From a virus (taxonomy: Duplodnaviria > Caudoviricetes): a DNA stretch of 37,218 nt. The stretch is taken from positions 1 through 37,218 of the IMG/VR virus record IMGVR_UViG_3300031576_001299; one strand, 5' to 3'. Each line of letters starts with the position of its first letter. The first letter of the stretch is position 1. This document shows, piece by piece, positions 17,565 to 25,953 of this stretch. The notes under the pieces are model-generated. The model was not told where the DNA came from, ran no database searches, and saw only the letters and a list, made by a program, of their open reading frames with translations. Position numbers and translations under genes: made by a program.

Positions 17565-17830
17565 AGATCACCGACCTGCCCGCGCTGCGCGACGCCGTCA
17601 GGGCCGAGCGTGCGTTCGAGCTCTACCAGGCGATCGTCGACGGCGACGGCGACGGTGACCAGATGGCCGACGCGATCGAAGCGGCGGCGAACGACGCCGA
17701 CGTCGCGATGCTCGTGATGATGCGCCTCGCGCTCGAGGCCCGCGGCATCGAATGGGAGAGCGGCACCGGCGTCGAGTTCATCTCCGCCGCTCTCACCGCG
17801 AAGGAGGCACTGTGGACGCCCTCGACCTGA
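17561..17830 (+). CDS. Hypothetical protein
   Basis: GTGA overlap with the TerL ATPase stop. Confidence 0.55.
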   Translation: MKITDLPALRDAVRAERAFELYQAIVDGDGDGDQMADAIEAAANDADVAMLVMMRLALEARGIEWESGTGVEFISAALTAKEALWTPST

Positions 17831-18087
17831 TGTGCGTGCTCTGCGAGCGTCCGGGACCGATCATGTTGATGCCCGCGTTTCAGATCGGCCATCCCGGCAT
17901 GAGCGTGCCACGTGCACGCTGCTGCGCAGATCACATGGTCGATCTCGCCGCGGCGATGTTGCGCACCTTCGGGCCGCCGATCTACGCCGACGTGCCATGC
18001 ACGGTCGAGCCGTCACACCGCGCTCTCCAAGCCGCGCAGACGATGCTCACCGACGTCCGACGTCTCTTCCACGAGCGGGGTCCTTGA
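17812..18087 (+). CDS. Hypothetical Cys-containing protein
   Basis: AAGGAGG RBS; CVLC...CCADH. Confidence 0.55.
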   Translation: MDALDLMCVLCERPGPIMLMPAFQIGHPGMSVPRARCCADHMVDLAAAMLRTFGPPIYADVPCTVEPSHRALQAAQTMLTDVRRLFHERGP

Positions 18088-18389
18088 TGGCCGACGACGA
18101 CGTGCCGGTCATCGTGACGTGGAAGGAACGCGACGCCTCCCACGGTGTCGTCAGTATCCAGCACGTCACCTGGTGCCCGAACCGTGCGCTCGCGCACGAA
18201 ACCGCCCGCGACCTCAAACAGCACTACACGCTCAGCCCACCGTCGCCGGGCGCGTGGGACATCGACGTCGACGTCCCCGGCGGCATCCCATCCGGCAAAG
18301 CCGACGCGATCGCACACATCCAAGGGTTACGCGACCGGCTCGCGCAACGGAGCCCACCCGTCGAGCTCGAAGAGCCGGAAGAGTTCTGA
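18087..18389 (+). CDS. Hypothetical protein
   Basis: TGATG coupling at both ends. Confidence 0.55.
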   Translation: MADDDVPVIVTWKERDASHGVVSIQHVTWCPNRALAHETARDLKQHYTLSPPSPGAWDIDVDVPGGIPSGKADAIAHIQGLRDRLAQRSPPVELEEPEEF

Positions 18390-18919
18390 TGGGACCGGCA
18401 ACGATCGCGCTCGCCGGCCTCGGGTCGCTGCTGCTCCTCGCCGCCCTGCTCGAGGGCATCGCACGGTATGTGACCTGGCGCGCCGATCTGGCACGCCGGC
18501 GTGCCGTACGCGCGCAGACAGCGAAGGCACGCGAGCAAGGTCAGCGATGGTTCGAGGAGCGCATCGCCGCGATGAAAGTCAACGCCGCGTTCGGCGAAGA
18601 GCAAGACGGAGTGGTCGCGACCGTCGCCGAGTTCGATCAGATCCTCGGCGGCCGCCGCACCCGACTCGTCGAGGTCGACTTCTACCATCCCCACGCGACA
18701 CCGGGATGGGTGCCGGTCCTCGTCGAAGGCCAGCCGCTCGAGATCGCCGGCACTCCCGGCCCGGACGGACGGACCCATCTCCCCGAGATCTGCCTCGACC
18801 TCGACGCCGACGGCCGCCGCACCTTCAACGGCGAACCGATCGAGCGCGCGTTCGCCGCCGGGGTACTGCGCCGCCGCGAGACACCAGGCGAATTCCAGCT
18901 CCTCGCGATCGGCGGATAA
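18389..18919 (+). CDS. Membrane-anchored hypothetical protein
   Basis: N-terminal TM helix. Confidence 0.6.
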   Translation: MGPATIALAGLGSLLLLAALLEGIARYVTWRADLARRRAVRAQTAKAREQGQRWFEERIAAMKVNAAFGEEQDGVVATVAEFDQILGGRRTRLVEVDFYHPHATPGWVPVLVEGQPLEIAGTPGPDGRTHLPEICLDLDADGRRTFNGEPIERAFAAGVLRRRETPGEFQLLAIGG

Positions 18920-19123
18920 GTGGCCGCGCTCGATCCGCTGCGCGTCGCCTGCTCGACGTGCGGCGCACGGCCCGGCGAGCCGTGCACCCGCATGGTCCGT
19001 TCCGCCCGTGCGGGAGACGAGACCGTCTACTACGAGCTGCGCGAAGGCCCGCCGCTCGAACCACCGCGTGTGCATCTCGGCCGCCGGCTCACCGCCCAAG
19101 CGAAGGCAGGGCAGGCTCGTTAG
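18920..19123 (+). CDS. Phage zinc-finger protein
   Basis: VACSTCGARPGEPC...HLGR. Confidence 0.65.
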   Translation: MAALDPLRVACSTCGARPGEPCTRMVRSARAGDETVYYELREGPPLEPPRVHLGRRLTAQAKAGQAR

Positions 19124-19157
19124 GGCCGCGCAGGGTATCTGTACGCTGTACCCCATG
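19123..19157 (+). promoter_or_regulatory. 35-bp element identical to 16265-16299
   Basis: Exact repeat running from a stop codon to the next ATG. Confidence 0.75.
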
Positions 19158-19466
19158 AGCCCGACGACCGTGCAATGCCCGCCGCACTCGACCGACCGGC
19201 CCGACTGCGCGCCGACCACCACGACCCAACCCGAACCGACCACCACGACGGTCGAGACGACCACGACCGCGGTCGAGAGCACGACCACGGCCGGAGCGCC
19301 GTCGACGAGCGTGAGCGCCGCGGGTAGCACCACCATCGTCGAAGTCCCGACGACCGCGCCAGAGCTCCCGGCAACGGGCGGCGAAACGATCCTCGGAACC
19401 CTCGGCCTCGTCGCAGTTGTCGTGGGCGCCGGTGTGTTCGCGTGGGCGCGACGCCGGACGGTATGA
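19155..19466 (+). CDS. Thr-rich protein with an LPXTG-type sorting signal
   Basis: ELPATGG, TM helix and RRR tail. Confidence 0.7.
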   Translation: MSPTTVQCPPHSTDRPDCAPTTTTQPEPTTTTVETTTTAVESTTTAGAPSTSVSAAGSTTIVEVPTTAPELPATGGETILGTLGLVAVVVGAGVFAWARRRTV

Positions 19467-19475
19467 GGTCGAGCG

Positions 19476-19718
19476 ATGGCCCTGACCTACGACAAGCTGC
19501 CGGCAAAACTGCGAGCGCAGGTCGACGAGGCGATCGGCAAGCCCGCCAAGAAACCCGCCCGAGGGAAGGGCGGCGGCACGGTCGGCGGGCGAGGCCCGTG
19601 GCGCTGCGCAGCCTGTAGGGAGATCTCCACCACCTGGGCGGCCGCGCAGCGCCACGCCGATGAGAACGCGCCGGGGCACGGCCGGATCGAGTGCGTGCTC
19701 CACGAGGCCGCGTCGTGA
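19476..19718 (+). CDS. Hypothetical protein with a C2H2-like motif
   Basis: WRCAAC...AAQRHADENAPGH. Confidence 0.6.
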   Translation: MALTYDKLPAKLRAQVDEAIGKPAKKPARGKGGGTVGGRGPWRCAACREISTTWAAAQRHADENAPGHGRIECVLHEAAS

Positions 19719-19936
19719 GGGCGGATGCGCTCCGCCGCGTCGAGGAGCTCGCCGCTGTGACGCCGCGGGCCTCGGTCGATCGCAACAGCGGCCCGTACTT
19801 CCCCTACGTCGGCCCGTCGAGCGATGACCTGCTGCCCGTCGCGCCGAAAGGCACGCTCGCCCGACAGGGGTTCGATTCCGAGCAGCGGTGGAAGCAGTTC
19901 CGCCGTGCGCTCGGCGCCTGGATCGCCGGCTCATGA
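19715..19936 (+). CDS. Hypothetical protein
   Basis: GTGA/ATGA coupling. Confidence 0.5.
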   Translation: MRADALRRVEELAAVTPRASVDRNSGPYFPYVGPSSDDLLPVAPKGTLARQGFDSEQRWKQFRRALGAWIAGS

Positions 19937-20181
19937 ACGACGACGAGGAGCCACGCCCGACGGCGCGGAGCCTCGACCCCGAACGCGGCACCAGCTTCGT
20001 CGCCCGCAAGATCCACATCGACCAAGGCGAAATCACCCGCAACACCGACATCCACCGCCACACCCTCGCCGTGTTCTGCTTCGAGCTCGACGGCTACTGG
20101 TGGCGCGGCGCGCACGACACGCTTACCGTCTACCTGCCGCGATCGCTCATGGCCGCGATCGTCAAGGCCGGCGCCGGATGA
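19933..20181 (+). CDS. Hypothetical protein
   Basis: ATGA coupling. Confidence 0.55.
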   Translation: MNDDEEPRPTARSLDPERGTSFVARKIHIDQGEITRNTDIHRHTLAVFCFELDGYWWRGAHDTLTVYLPRSLMAAIVKAGAG

Positions 20182-20576
20182 TCGACCAGCCGACACTCTT
20201 CTCGACCGCACGTGCGAAACCCGCCGCACGCCGATCCGACCCGCGCCCCGCCCACGCAGCCGCGCAAGCCGCCACCAAGATGGCCGGCTCGACCGAGCTC
20301 GCGATCCTCGCCTGGCTCGTCGAGCACGGCCCCCACCGTGCCGCCGACATCGCCGCCGCGATGCCGCACCGCAACGACGGGACCGTCCGCACCGCCTGCT
20401 CGCGGCTCTCCAAACACGACCTCGAACGCGGCCACCAGCCCGAGCTCGACATCGCCGGCACCACGACAGTCGACGGCCGGCCCGAACTCGTCTATGCCGC
20501 CAACCTGCTCGGCCGCCGGCGGCTCTCCGCCGCGGGGATCGCAGTGAACGTTCCAACCGGACAAGGGAGAATCTGA
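20178..20576 (+). CDS. Winged-helix DNA-binding protein
   Basis: ARRSDPRPAHAAA leader; ILAWLVEHGPHRAADIA...TVRTACSRL. Confidence 0.65.
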   Translation: MIDQPTLFSTARAKPAARRSDPRPAHAAAQAATKMAGSTELAILAWLVEHGPHRAADIAAAMPHRNDGTVRTACSRLSKHDLERGHQPELDIAGTTTVDGRPELVYAANLLGRRRLSAAGIAVNVPTGQGRI

Positions 20577-21095
20577 ATGGCAGCTGCCCCAACCAGTGAG
20601 CTCGGCAAGTTCGAGGGCAAGCCAGTACACGGCACCCGTATCGCGGTGACTCGGGCCGGCGACGGTCTCTCCGAAGCGATGAAGGTCGACCCGATCATCC
20701 TCCACCAGGGCGACACGGTCTATGTCGTGCTCGAATGCGCGGTCGACAAGGTCCGCTTCGATCCGATCGACAAGACCGACGGCGTCGCGCGTGTGCATCT
20801 GCTCAAGGCCGGCACCGCGACCCTCATCGACGGCGACGCCGTCCGCAGCGCGCTCGACGAACAACGCGAACGGATCACGCTCGCCAAGGAAGCCGACCAG
20901 GGTGTGCAGCGGATCGGGTTCGATCTCGCCGCTGCGCACGCCGCCGGCGAACACGAAGACAGCCCGGTCGACGAATGCACGGCCTGCTGGGACGCCCAGA
21001 ACGGCGCGATCCCGATCGACCGGCCTGCGAAGAAGGCTCGTGCGGCACGCAAGCCTGGCGCGCCTCGCCGCCGACGGAACACGACCACGAAGTAG
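20577..21095 (+). CDS. Phage hypothetical protein
   Basis: FEGKPV...AGDGLSEAMKVDP; RBS present. Confidence 0.65.
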   Translation: MAAAPTSELGKFEGKPVHGTRIAVTRAGDGLSEAMKVDPIILHQGDTVYVVLECAVDKVRFDPIDKTDGVARVHLLKAGTATLIDGDAVRSALDEQRERITLAKEADQGVQRIGFDLAAAHAAGEHEDSPVDECTACWDAQNGAIPIDRPAKKARAARKPGAPRRRRNTTTK

Positions 21096-21098
21096 CCG

Positions 21099-21743
21099 AT
21101 GTTGGTCAAGTTCGCCGAGGTGCCGTGGGAGGCGCTCGAGCTCGTCCGGTTCTGGGACCTGGCCGCCACCAAGAAACTCCGGTCCGGGCAGGAGCCCGAC
21201 TGGACTGCCGGCGCGCTCGTCGGTGTCACCACCAGCCGGATCAAGACGGTCGCGCGGGGCCGCTGGTATGTGCTCGACGTCCGCCGCCTCCGCGACACCC
21301 CGGCGAAGGTCGAGGACTTCCTCTGGGCCACGCATGTCTTCGACGATGAGCTCTGCGGCCGGCGGGTGGCGATCAGGGTCGAACAGGAAGGCGGCGCGAC
21401 CGGGTTGATCGCGCTCGATCAGCTCGCCCGCCACCGTTTCGTCGGCGTCGCGTTCAAAGGCCAATCCCCCCAAGGGTCCAAGACCGAACGGGCCAAGCCT
21501 GTCGCCACCGCAGCCGAACTGACGAACGTCGACCTTGTCGAGGCGGCATGGAACGAGGATCTGCTCGAGGAGCTCGAGCTGTTCCCCGACGGCCAACACG
21601 ACGACCAGGTCGACGCGCTCTCCGGCGCGTTCGAGCATCTCCGCCAGCAGCTGCAGCTCCTGAGCGCCGGCGCCGAGACGGTACTGCAGTCGAACACTTG
21701 GGACGAACGGAGCCCGGCGCCGGCCTGGGGTGCGATCACCTGA
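21099..21743 (+). CDS. Terminase large subunit, nuclease (RNase H-fold) domain
   Basis: VRFWDLAAT, PDWTAG, VEQEGG, SKTERAKP, ELELFPDGQHDDQVDALSGAF. Confidence 0.9.
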   Translation: MLVKFAEVPWEALELVRFWDLAATKKLRSGQEPDWTAGALVGVTTSRIKTVARGRWYVLDVRRLRDTPAKVEDFLWATHVFDDELCGRRVAIRVEQEGGATGLIALDQLARHRFVGVAFKGQSPQGSKTERAKPVATAAELTNVDLVEAAWNEDLLEELELFPDGQHDDQVDALSGAFEHLRQQLQLLSAGAETVLQSNTWDERSPAPAWGAIT

Positions 21744-21763
21744 ACCGGCGGGGTCCGGGCCCG

Positions 21764-21781
21764 AACCGCACGCGTGTGGTT
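21764..21781 (+). promoter_or_regulatory. ACCACA-N4-TGTGGT-type element
   Basis: AACCGCACGCGTGTGGTT, 11 nt before the ATG. Confidence 0.6.
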
Positions 21782-21792
21782 TGCTATCGCTC

Positions 21793-22119
21793 ATGGCGAC
21801 CCTCAACTCCCAGACCCTGACCGGCGCTGGCATCGCCCCGACCTTCGCCGCCGCGTCGGCTGGCGGCGACAAGATCCAGCCCGGCGAAGGCGTCTACCTC
21901 CACGTGAAGAACGGGGGCGCGTCGCCGATCGACGTCACGATCGACGCGAAGCAACCATGCAGCCTGGGGTTCGACCACGACAATGTCGTGACGGTCCCGG
22001 CGGGAGGGGAGAGGGAGATCCTCGTCCCCGAAGTCCCCTACAAGGGCAGCGACGGCCTCGCCGACATCGCCTACAGCGCGGTCACGACTGTGACCGTCGG
22101 CGCGTTCCGCACCCCCTAA
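21793..22119 (+). CDS. Beta-rich putative virion protein
   Basis: PTFAAASAGGD...LHVKNGGASPIDVTI...VTVPAGGER pattern seen in phage structural regions. Confidence 0.55.
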   Translation: MATLNSQTLTGAGIAPTFAAASAGGDKIQPGEGVYLHVKNGGASPIDVTIDAKQPCSLGFDHDNVVTVPAGGEREILVPEVPYKGSDGLADIAYSAVTTVTVGAFRTP

Positions 22120-22129
22120 GGCCGCCGCG

Positions 22130-23044
22130 ATGGCGCCGCCGTTCACCGGCAAGTCGGACGCGTCGAAGTTCCTCGACGCGATCCCATTCCTGCAGGCCCG
22201 CCACTACCACCCGACCCGTCTCGGGCCGGTCGTGTTCATCGTCGAGCACGACATGGAATCCGGCGAGGACTGGGACGAAGCCGAGGACTGGCAGCGCCGC
22301 ACCAACACCCAAGAACGCGAATCATCGGTGAACTACGGCGTCGACCCCGACAGCATCCTGAGTGCGGTGAAACCGACGCAGACCGCATGGCACGCCTCCG
22401 GCGTCAACTCATGTTCGCTCGGGATCGAACAGCCCGGCCGTGCGGCCCAGTCGCGCGACGAATGGCTCGACGACTACGGCAAGCGGATGATCGCGAACAC
22501 GGGCAAGCTCACCGCCGCGCTGTGCATCGTCTTCGAGATCGAGGTGCGCGTCGCGTCGTCCGACGACGTCGTGAACTACTACCTCGGCCGCCCGTACCGC
22601 ACCGGCCTGATCTCGCATCTGACCGCGACAGAAGCGGCGAAGCGGCTCGGGAAGAAGAACTACGGCCACTGGGACCCCGGGTACAGCTATCCCTGGGATT
22701 TCCTGCTCGCACAAGTGCGGCTCTGGTTGCCGGGCGCGCACTCACCTGTCCCTCGACCGGAGGTCACGACCATGTCGCGCATCGTGCTCGACCCGACCAA
22801 GCCGAAGCGGCCCGGCAAACGTCCGCATGTCGAGCTCGCACCGAACAACGACGCGATCGTCGGCTACTGGGGCTCGGTGCTCGACGGAGCCGACCCTGCC
22901 TCACCGGGCTTCGCGGAGGTGCGGGTCCGCAAGCTCGCGACGAAGGCCGTCTCGATCGAGTCGGAGGTCGACGATGAGGGCAACGCGCTCGGCGTCGCCG
23001 CGATCCGGGCGGACCACTCGACCGAACTGATCCCCTGGGCGTGA
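22130..23044 (+). CDS. Endolysin, N-acetylmuramoyl-L-alanine amidase
   Basis: IVEHDME, AWHA..NSCSLGIE, LISH, HWDPG..YPWD. Confidence 0.85.
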   Translation: MAPPFTGKSDASKFLDAIPFLQARHYHPTRLGPVVFIVEHDMESGEDWDEAEDWQRRTNTQERESSVNYGVDPDSILSAVKPTQTAWHASGVNSCSLGIEQPGRAAQSRDEWLDDYGKRMIANTGKLTAALCIVFEIEVRVASSDDVVNYYLGRPYRTGLISHLTATEAAKRLGKKNYGHWDPGYSYPWDFLLAQVRLWLPGAHSPVPRPEVTTMSRIVLDPTKPKRPGKRPHVELAPNNDAIVGYWGSVLDGADPASPGFAEVRVRKLATKAVSIESEVDDEGNALGVAAIRADHSTELIPWA

Positions 23045-23054
23045 GCAGAGCGGC

Positions 23055-23249
23055 ATGGACCTCGCGATGAAGCGCTTAAGAATCACGAGAGACGGGATCA
23101 TGTTCACCGCCGGGCTCGGGCTCACGATCAACGAGGCGATTATCCGCGTCGGGTCGGAACGGCCGACGCTGCTCATCATGTTCGCGGCGATGATGGGCCT
23201 GCCGTTCATCCTGCGGGCCGATGAAATCAGGAGGAATGGGAAACCATGA
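23055..23249 (+). CDS. Holin-like two-TM protein
   Basis: Follows the endolysin; two hydrophobic segments and a basic tail. Confidence 0.6.
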   Translation: MDLAMKRLRITRDGIMFTAGLGLTINEAIIRVGSERPTLLIMFAAMMGLPFILRADEIRRNGKP

Positions 23250-23335
23250 TCGGTCATTACCCGCTGACGGCGCTGTACACCGTCGCGGTCGCCGCGGCGG
23301 CACTCGTATTCCGGCTGCTGGCGGGGCACCTGTGA
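23246..23335 (+). CDS. 29-aa membrane peptide
   Basis: AGGAGG RBS; MIGHYPLTALYTVAVAAAALVFRLLAGHL; coupled at both ends. Confidence 0.45.
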   Translation: MIGHYPLTALYTVAVAAAALVFRLLAGHL

Positions 23336-23525
23336 GACGGTGTACAGCGTTGCCCGTCGCGCTTGCCGGATACCTGCTGCTCGTCGCGGGGCTCGGAGCG
23401 ACGGCCTACAAGATCGACCAGAACGCGGAAACGATCGAGCGCAATGCGGAGCGGAGGCCTTCGACGAGTTCGCAGCGCTTCTCGCGCTCCGTGACTGTGC
23501 AGCATTGATCGAAGGAGACACCTGA
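23332..23525 (+). pseudogene. TM/coiled-coil lysis-region gene with a probable frameshift near 23450
   Basis: TM plus IDQNAETIERNAE in one frame; EAFDEFAALLALRDC...EGDT, coupled to the next gene, in another. Confidence 0.4.
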
Positions 23526-23842
23526 TGAGCAGAGAAACCGAAGTGCAGCAGTGGCGCGACGACGCCGCGTGGCTCCGCGAAGCCGAACCGCGCCTACGGC
23601 AGATCGCCGACCGTGCGGCGGCGTTCAACGAGCTCGTCAGCGAGTTCGCGAACATCGACGTCGGCACAGAGGTGCCTGACAAGGCGAACGCGGCGGCAAC
23701 GTTCGCGGTCGAGGTGGCGTACAGCGCGGAGCACATCGCCGCCGTGCTCGGCCGCGACGACATGCCCGCGGAGCCGGCAGAGACCCAGCCCGGTGTCACC
23801 ACAACCGACATCGAGCCCGACAGCGAACAGGACGGTGCATGA
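23525..23842 (+). CDS. Hypothetical protein
   Basis: AAGGAG RBS; coding-like. Confidence 0.6.
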   Translation: MSRETEVQQWRDDAAWLREAEPRLRQIADRAAAFNELVSEFANIDVGTEVPDKANAAATFAVEVAYSAEHIAAVLGRDDMPAEPAETQPGVTTTDIEPDSEQDGA

Positions 23843-24144
23843 TGGAAGGCAACACCCTGATCCTCAGCGGGGTCGGTCTCGTCGTCGCGCTCATCGAGTT
23901 CGTCAAGGTCGTCGTCCCGACGATCAGCAAGCGTGTGCTGCACGTGGTCGTGTTCGTGACCGGCCTCGGCGTCGCGGCACTCGAGAGTGTGACACCGGAG
24001 ATCGCGAAGTCCGTGAACATCGGCACGACGACGCTGGAGAGCGCGTCGGCCGGGCTCGTTGTCATGTACGGCATCGGGCTTGGTGCGCTCGCTTCGGGTG
24101 GTGTGACGGTCGCGAAGAAGTTCGCGGAACGACGCGCAGCATGA
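23839..24144 (+). CDS. Holin-like three-TM protein
   Basis: Three hydrophobic segments and a basic C-terminus. Confidence 0.6.
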   Translation: MMEGNTLILSGVGLVVALIEFVKVVVPTISKRVLHVVVFVTGLGVAALESVTPEIAKSVNIGTTTLESASAGLVVMYGIGLGALASGGVTVAKKFAERRAA

Positions 24145-24965
24145 CGACGCCATTGCATGACCTGCTCGCCAAGGTCCCGTTCCAGCCGTCGAACCCGCAT
24201 CAGAAGGCGTTGCAGCCGTGGGCGAAGGCCATCACCGACCTCGTTGAGCCGCCCGTCCCGGTCCCGCCGGCGTCGCCGTACACGAAACTGATCTTCGAGG
24301 ACAGCTTTGAGGGCGCCCAGGCCGACCTCTCCCGATGGAACGTATGGGACAACTGGCAGCTCGACTACGACATCGCGACGACGAAGCGGGCAAACGCGGT
24401 GGTGTCTGGCGGCAAGCTCCATCTCCAAGCGAAGCGCGAGGCGGCCAACGGACGGCAGTTCACGACCGCGTACCTCGACACCCGCAACGGCAAGTTCAGC
24501 TTCATGTACGGCCGGATGGAAGCGATGATCGCCGCGCCGTACCTCGCGGACCCGACGAACGGGCTGTGGGGCGCGTTCTGGACGCGCTCGGATGCGGGCA
24601 ACGGCGAGATCGACACGACCGAACTCCCGTCGGTGAAGGGCGCACGCAGCTCGACGCAGGGGATCTTCAACGGCTACAGCCCGGTGATCAAGCAGGACAA
24701 CACGGATGTGAGCACGGTTCCACTCACCGACTTCCAGCTCTACGCGGTCGAGTGGGACCCCGACTCGATTCGCTGGTACCTCGGGGGCCGGCTGATCTGG
24801 GAACGGACCCCTGCGACGACGCCGTGGTTCGCGGACTGCTTCCGCAAGCCGCATCATCTGCGGCTGAACTTGCAGTGCGGCGGCTGGGTCGGCACGCCCG
24901 CGGCGACAGCGACGTTCCCAACGGAGATGACCGTCGACTACGTGCGGGTTCTCCAGCGGCCGTGA
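24141..24965 (+). CDS. Glycoside hydrolase family 16 protein
   Basis: LIFEDSF, FSFMYGRMEA, GLWGAFW, GEIDTTE (ExDxxE), YAVEWDPDSIRWY, MTVDYVRV. Confidence 0.9.
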   Translation: MTTPLHDLLAKVPFQPSNPHQKALQPWAKAITDLVEPPVPVPPASPYTKLIFEDSFEGAQADLSRWNVWDNWQLDYDIATTKRANAVVSGGKLHLQAKREAANGRQFTTAYLDTRNGKFSFMYGRMEAMIAAPYLADPTNGLWGAFWTRSDAGNGEIDTTELPSVKGARSSTQGIFNGYSPVIKQDNTDVSTVPLTDFQLYAVEWDPDSIRWYLGGRLIWERTPATTPWFADCFRKPHHLRLNLQCGGWVGTPAATATFPTEMTVDYVRVLQRP

Positions 24966-25084
24966 TCCGCCGCGTGTTGATCCTCGTCGCGGGCGCGATC
25001 GCGGCCTGCTCGGTGATCGGTGTGTGGGTCGCGCGCAAGATCGACGAGGCGGTCCGGTTCCCGACCCAGGGGACACCGCGATGA
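24962..25084 (+). CDS. Small membrane peptide
   Basis: Single TM helix; coupled at both ends. Confidence 0.5.
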   Translation: MIRRVLILVAGAIAACSVIGVWVARKIDEAVRFPTQGTPR

Positions 25085-25596
25085 ACCGTCACCGCGCGGT
25101 GCAGGCGCGACGCAAGCGGGAGAGCGAGCACCGACCGATGCGGCTCGTCGGCGCGGACCATCCCGCGCTCCACACCCCCGCCCAGCCGGTCGAGACATTC
25201 GACGTCCGTCTACGCCGCCTCGCCATGTCGCTCTGCGCGACCGCGGTCGTGAACCACGGCCAGGCGGTCGCGGCACCGCAGGTCGGCCGGTCCGTGCGGG
25301 TCGTCGCGTTGCCGACCCTGGTTGTCGTGAACCCGCGCATCATCGAGATCGGCGGGAAGCTCGAGAGCGGGATCGAACGGTGCCTCTCCCTGCCGGGCCG
25401 GCGGTTCGAGGTCGACCGTTGGACCCGGATCGTCGTCGCCGGTTTCAACCTCGACCAGGAAGAACATGCGGTCGAGATGCTCGACGCCGAGGCCCGCCTA
25501 TGGCAGCACGAGATCGACCATCTCGACGGGCGGCTCGTGACCAGCAGGGGCGTGGAGGTGGCGACGCTCCCCGCCGCACAGACCACACGCACGTAG
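25081..25596 (+). CDS. def: Peptide deformylase family protein
   Basis: GQAVAAPQVG, ERCLS, QHEIDHLDG. Confidence 0.85.
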   Translation: MNRHRAVQARRKRESEHRPMRLVGADHPALHTPAQPVETFDVRLRRLAMSLCATAVVNHGQAVAAPQVGRSVRVVALPTLVVVNPRIIEIGGKLESGIERCLSLPGRRFEVDRWTRIVVAGFNLDQEEHAVEMLDAEARLWQHEIDHLDGRLVTSRGVEVATLPAAQTTRT

Positions 25597-25598
25597 TT
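25581..25598 (+). promoter_or_regulatory. ACCACA-N4-nGTAGT element with TAGTTT -10; probable leaderless promoter
   Basis: GACCACACGCACGTAGTT; ATG at 25606. Confidence 0.6.
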
Positions 25599-25605
25599 TG
25601 TGCTC

Positions 25606-25953
25606 ATGGCCGCGGGCACTCTCGATCTGGTGATCGACCAGGGCTCGGACTGGGAGATGCCGGTCGTTGTCGAGTCCGGCGGCATTCTCGTACCGTTCGT
25701 CTCCGCCTCCGCGCGGATGCAGGCCCGCGGCGACTATGACGAGACGCAGACCGTGATCGACATCTCGAGCCCCGCGTCAGGGATCGTGATCGACGCGCCG
25801 AGCTCGATGTTGACGCTCTCGCTCACCGCGGCGCAGACCGCCGCGCTCGCGCCGAGCCAGTACGTGTACGACCTCGAGTTCACGAACGACGGCAAGGTCG
25901 AGAAGCTGTTCCGCGGGACGCTGATCGTGCGGCCCGAGGTGACCAAATCGTGA
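25606..25953 (+). CDS. Beta-sandwich tail/fibre attachment-type protein
   Basis: DLVIDQGSDW...ARMQAR...LTAAQTAAL...YVYDLE...LFRGTLIVRPEVT. Confidence 0.65.
   Translation: MAAGTLDLVIDQGSDWEMPVVVESGGILVPFVSASARMQARGDYDETQTVIDISSPASGIVIDAPSSMLTLSLTAAQTAALAPSQYVYDLEFTNDGKVEKLFRGTLIVRPEVTKS

Noticed and set aside
17565-21098. Terminase insert as a group I/II intron, intein or IS
   Set aside because: No recognisable ribozyme core, reverse transcriptase, homing endonuclease, transposase or terminal inverted repeats; it is filled with coupled small ORFs. A covariance-model search was not possible.
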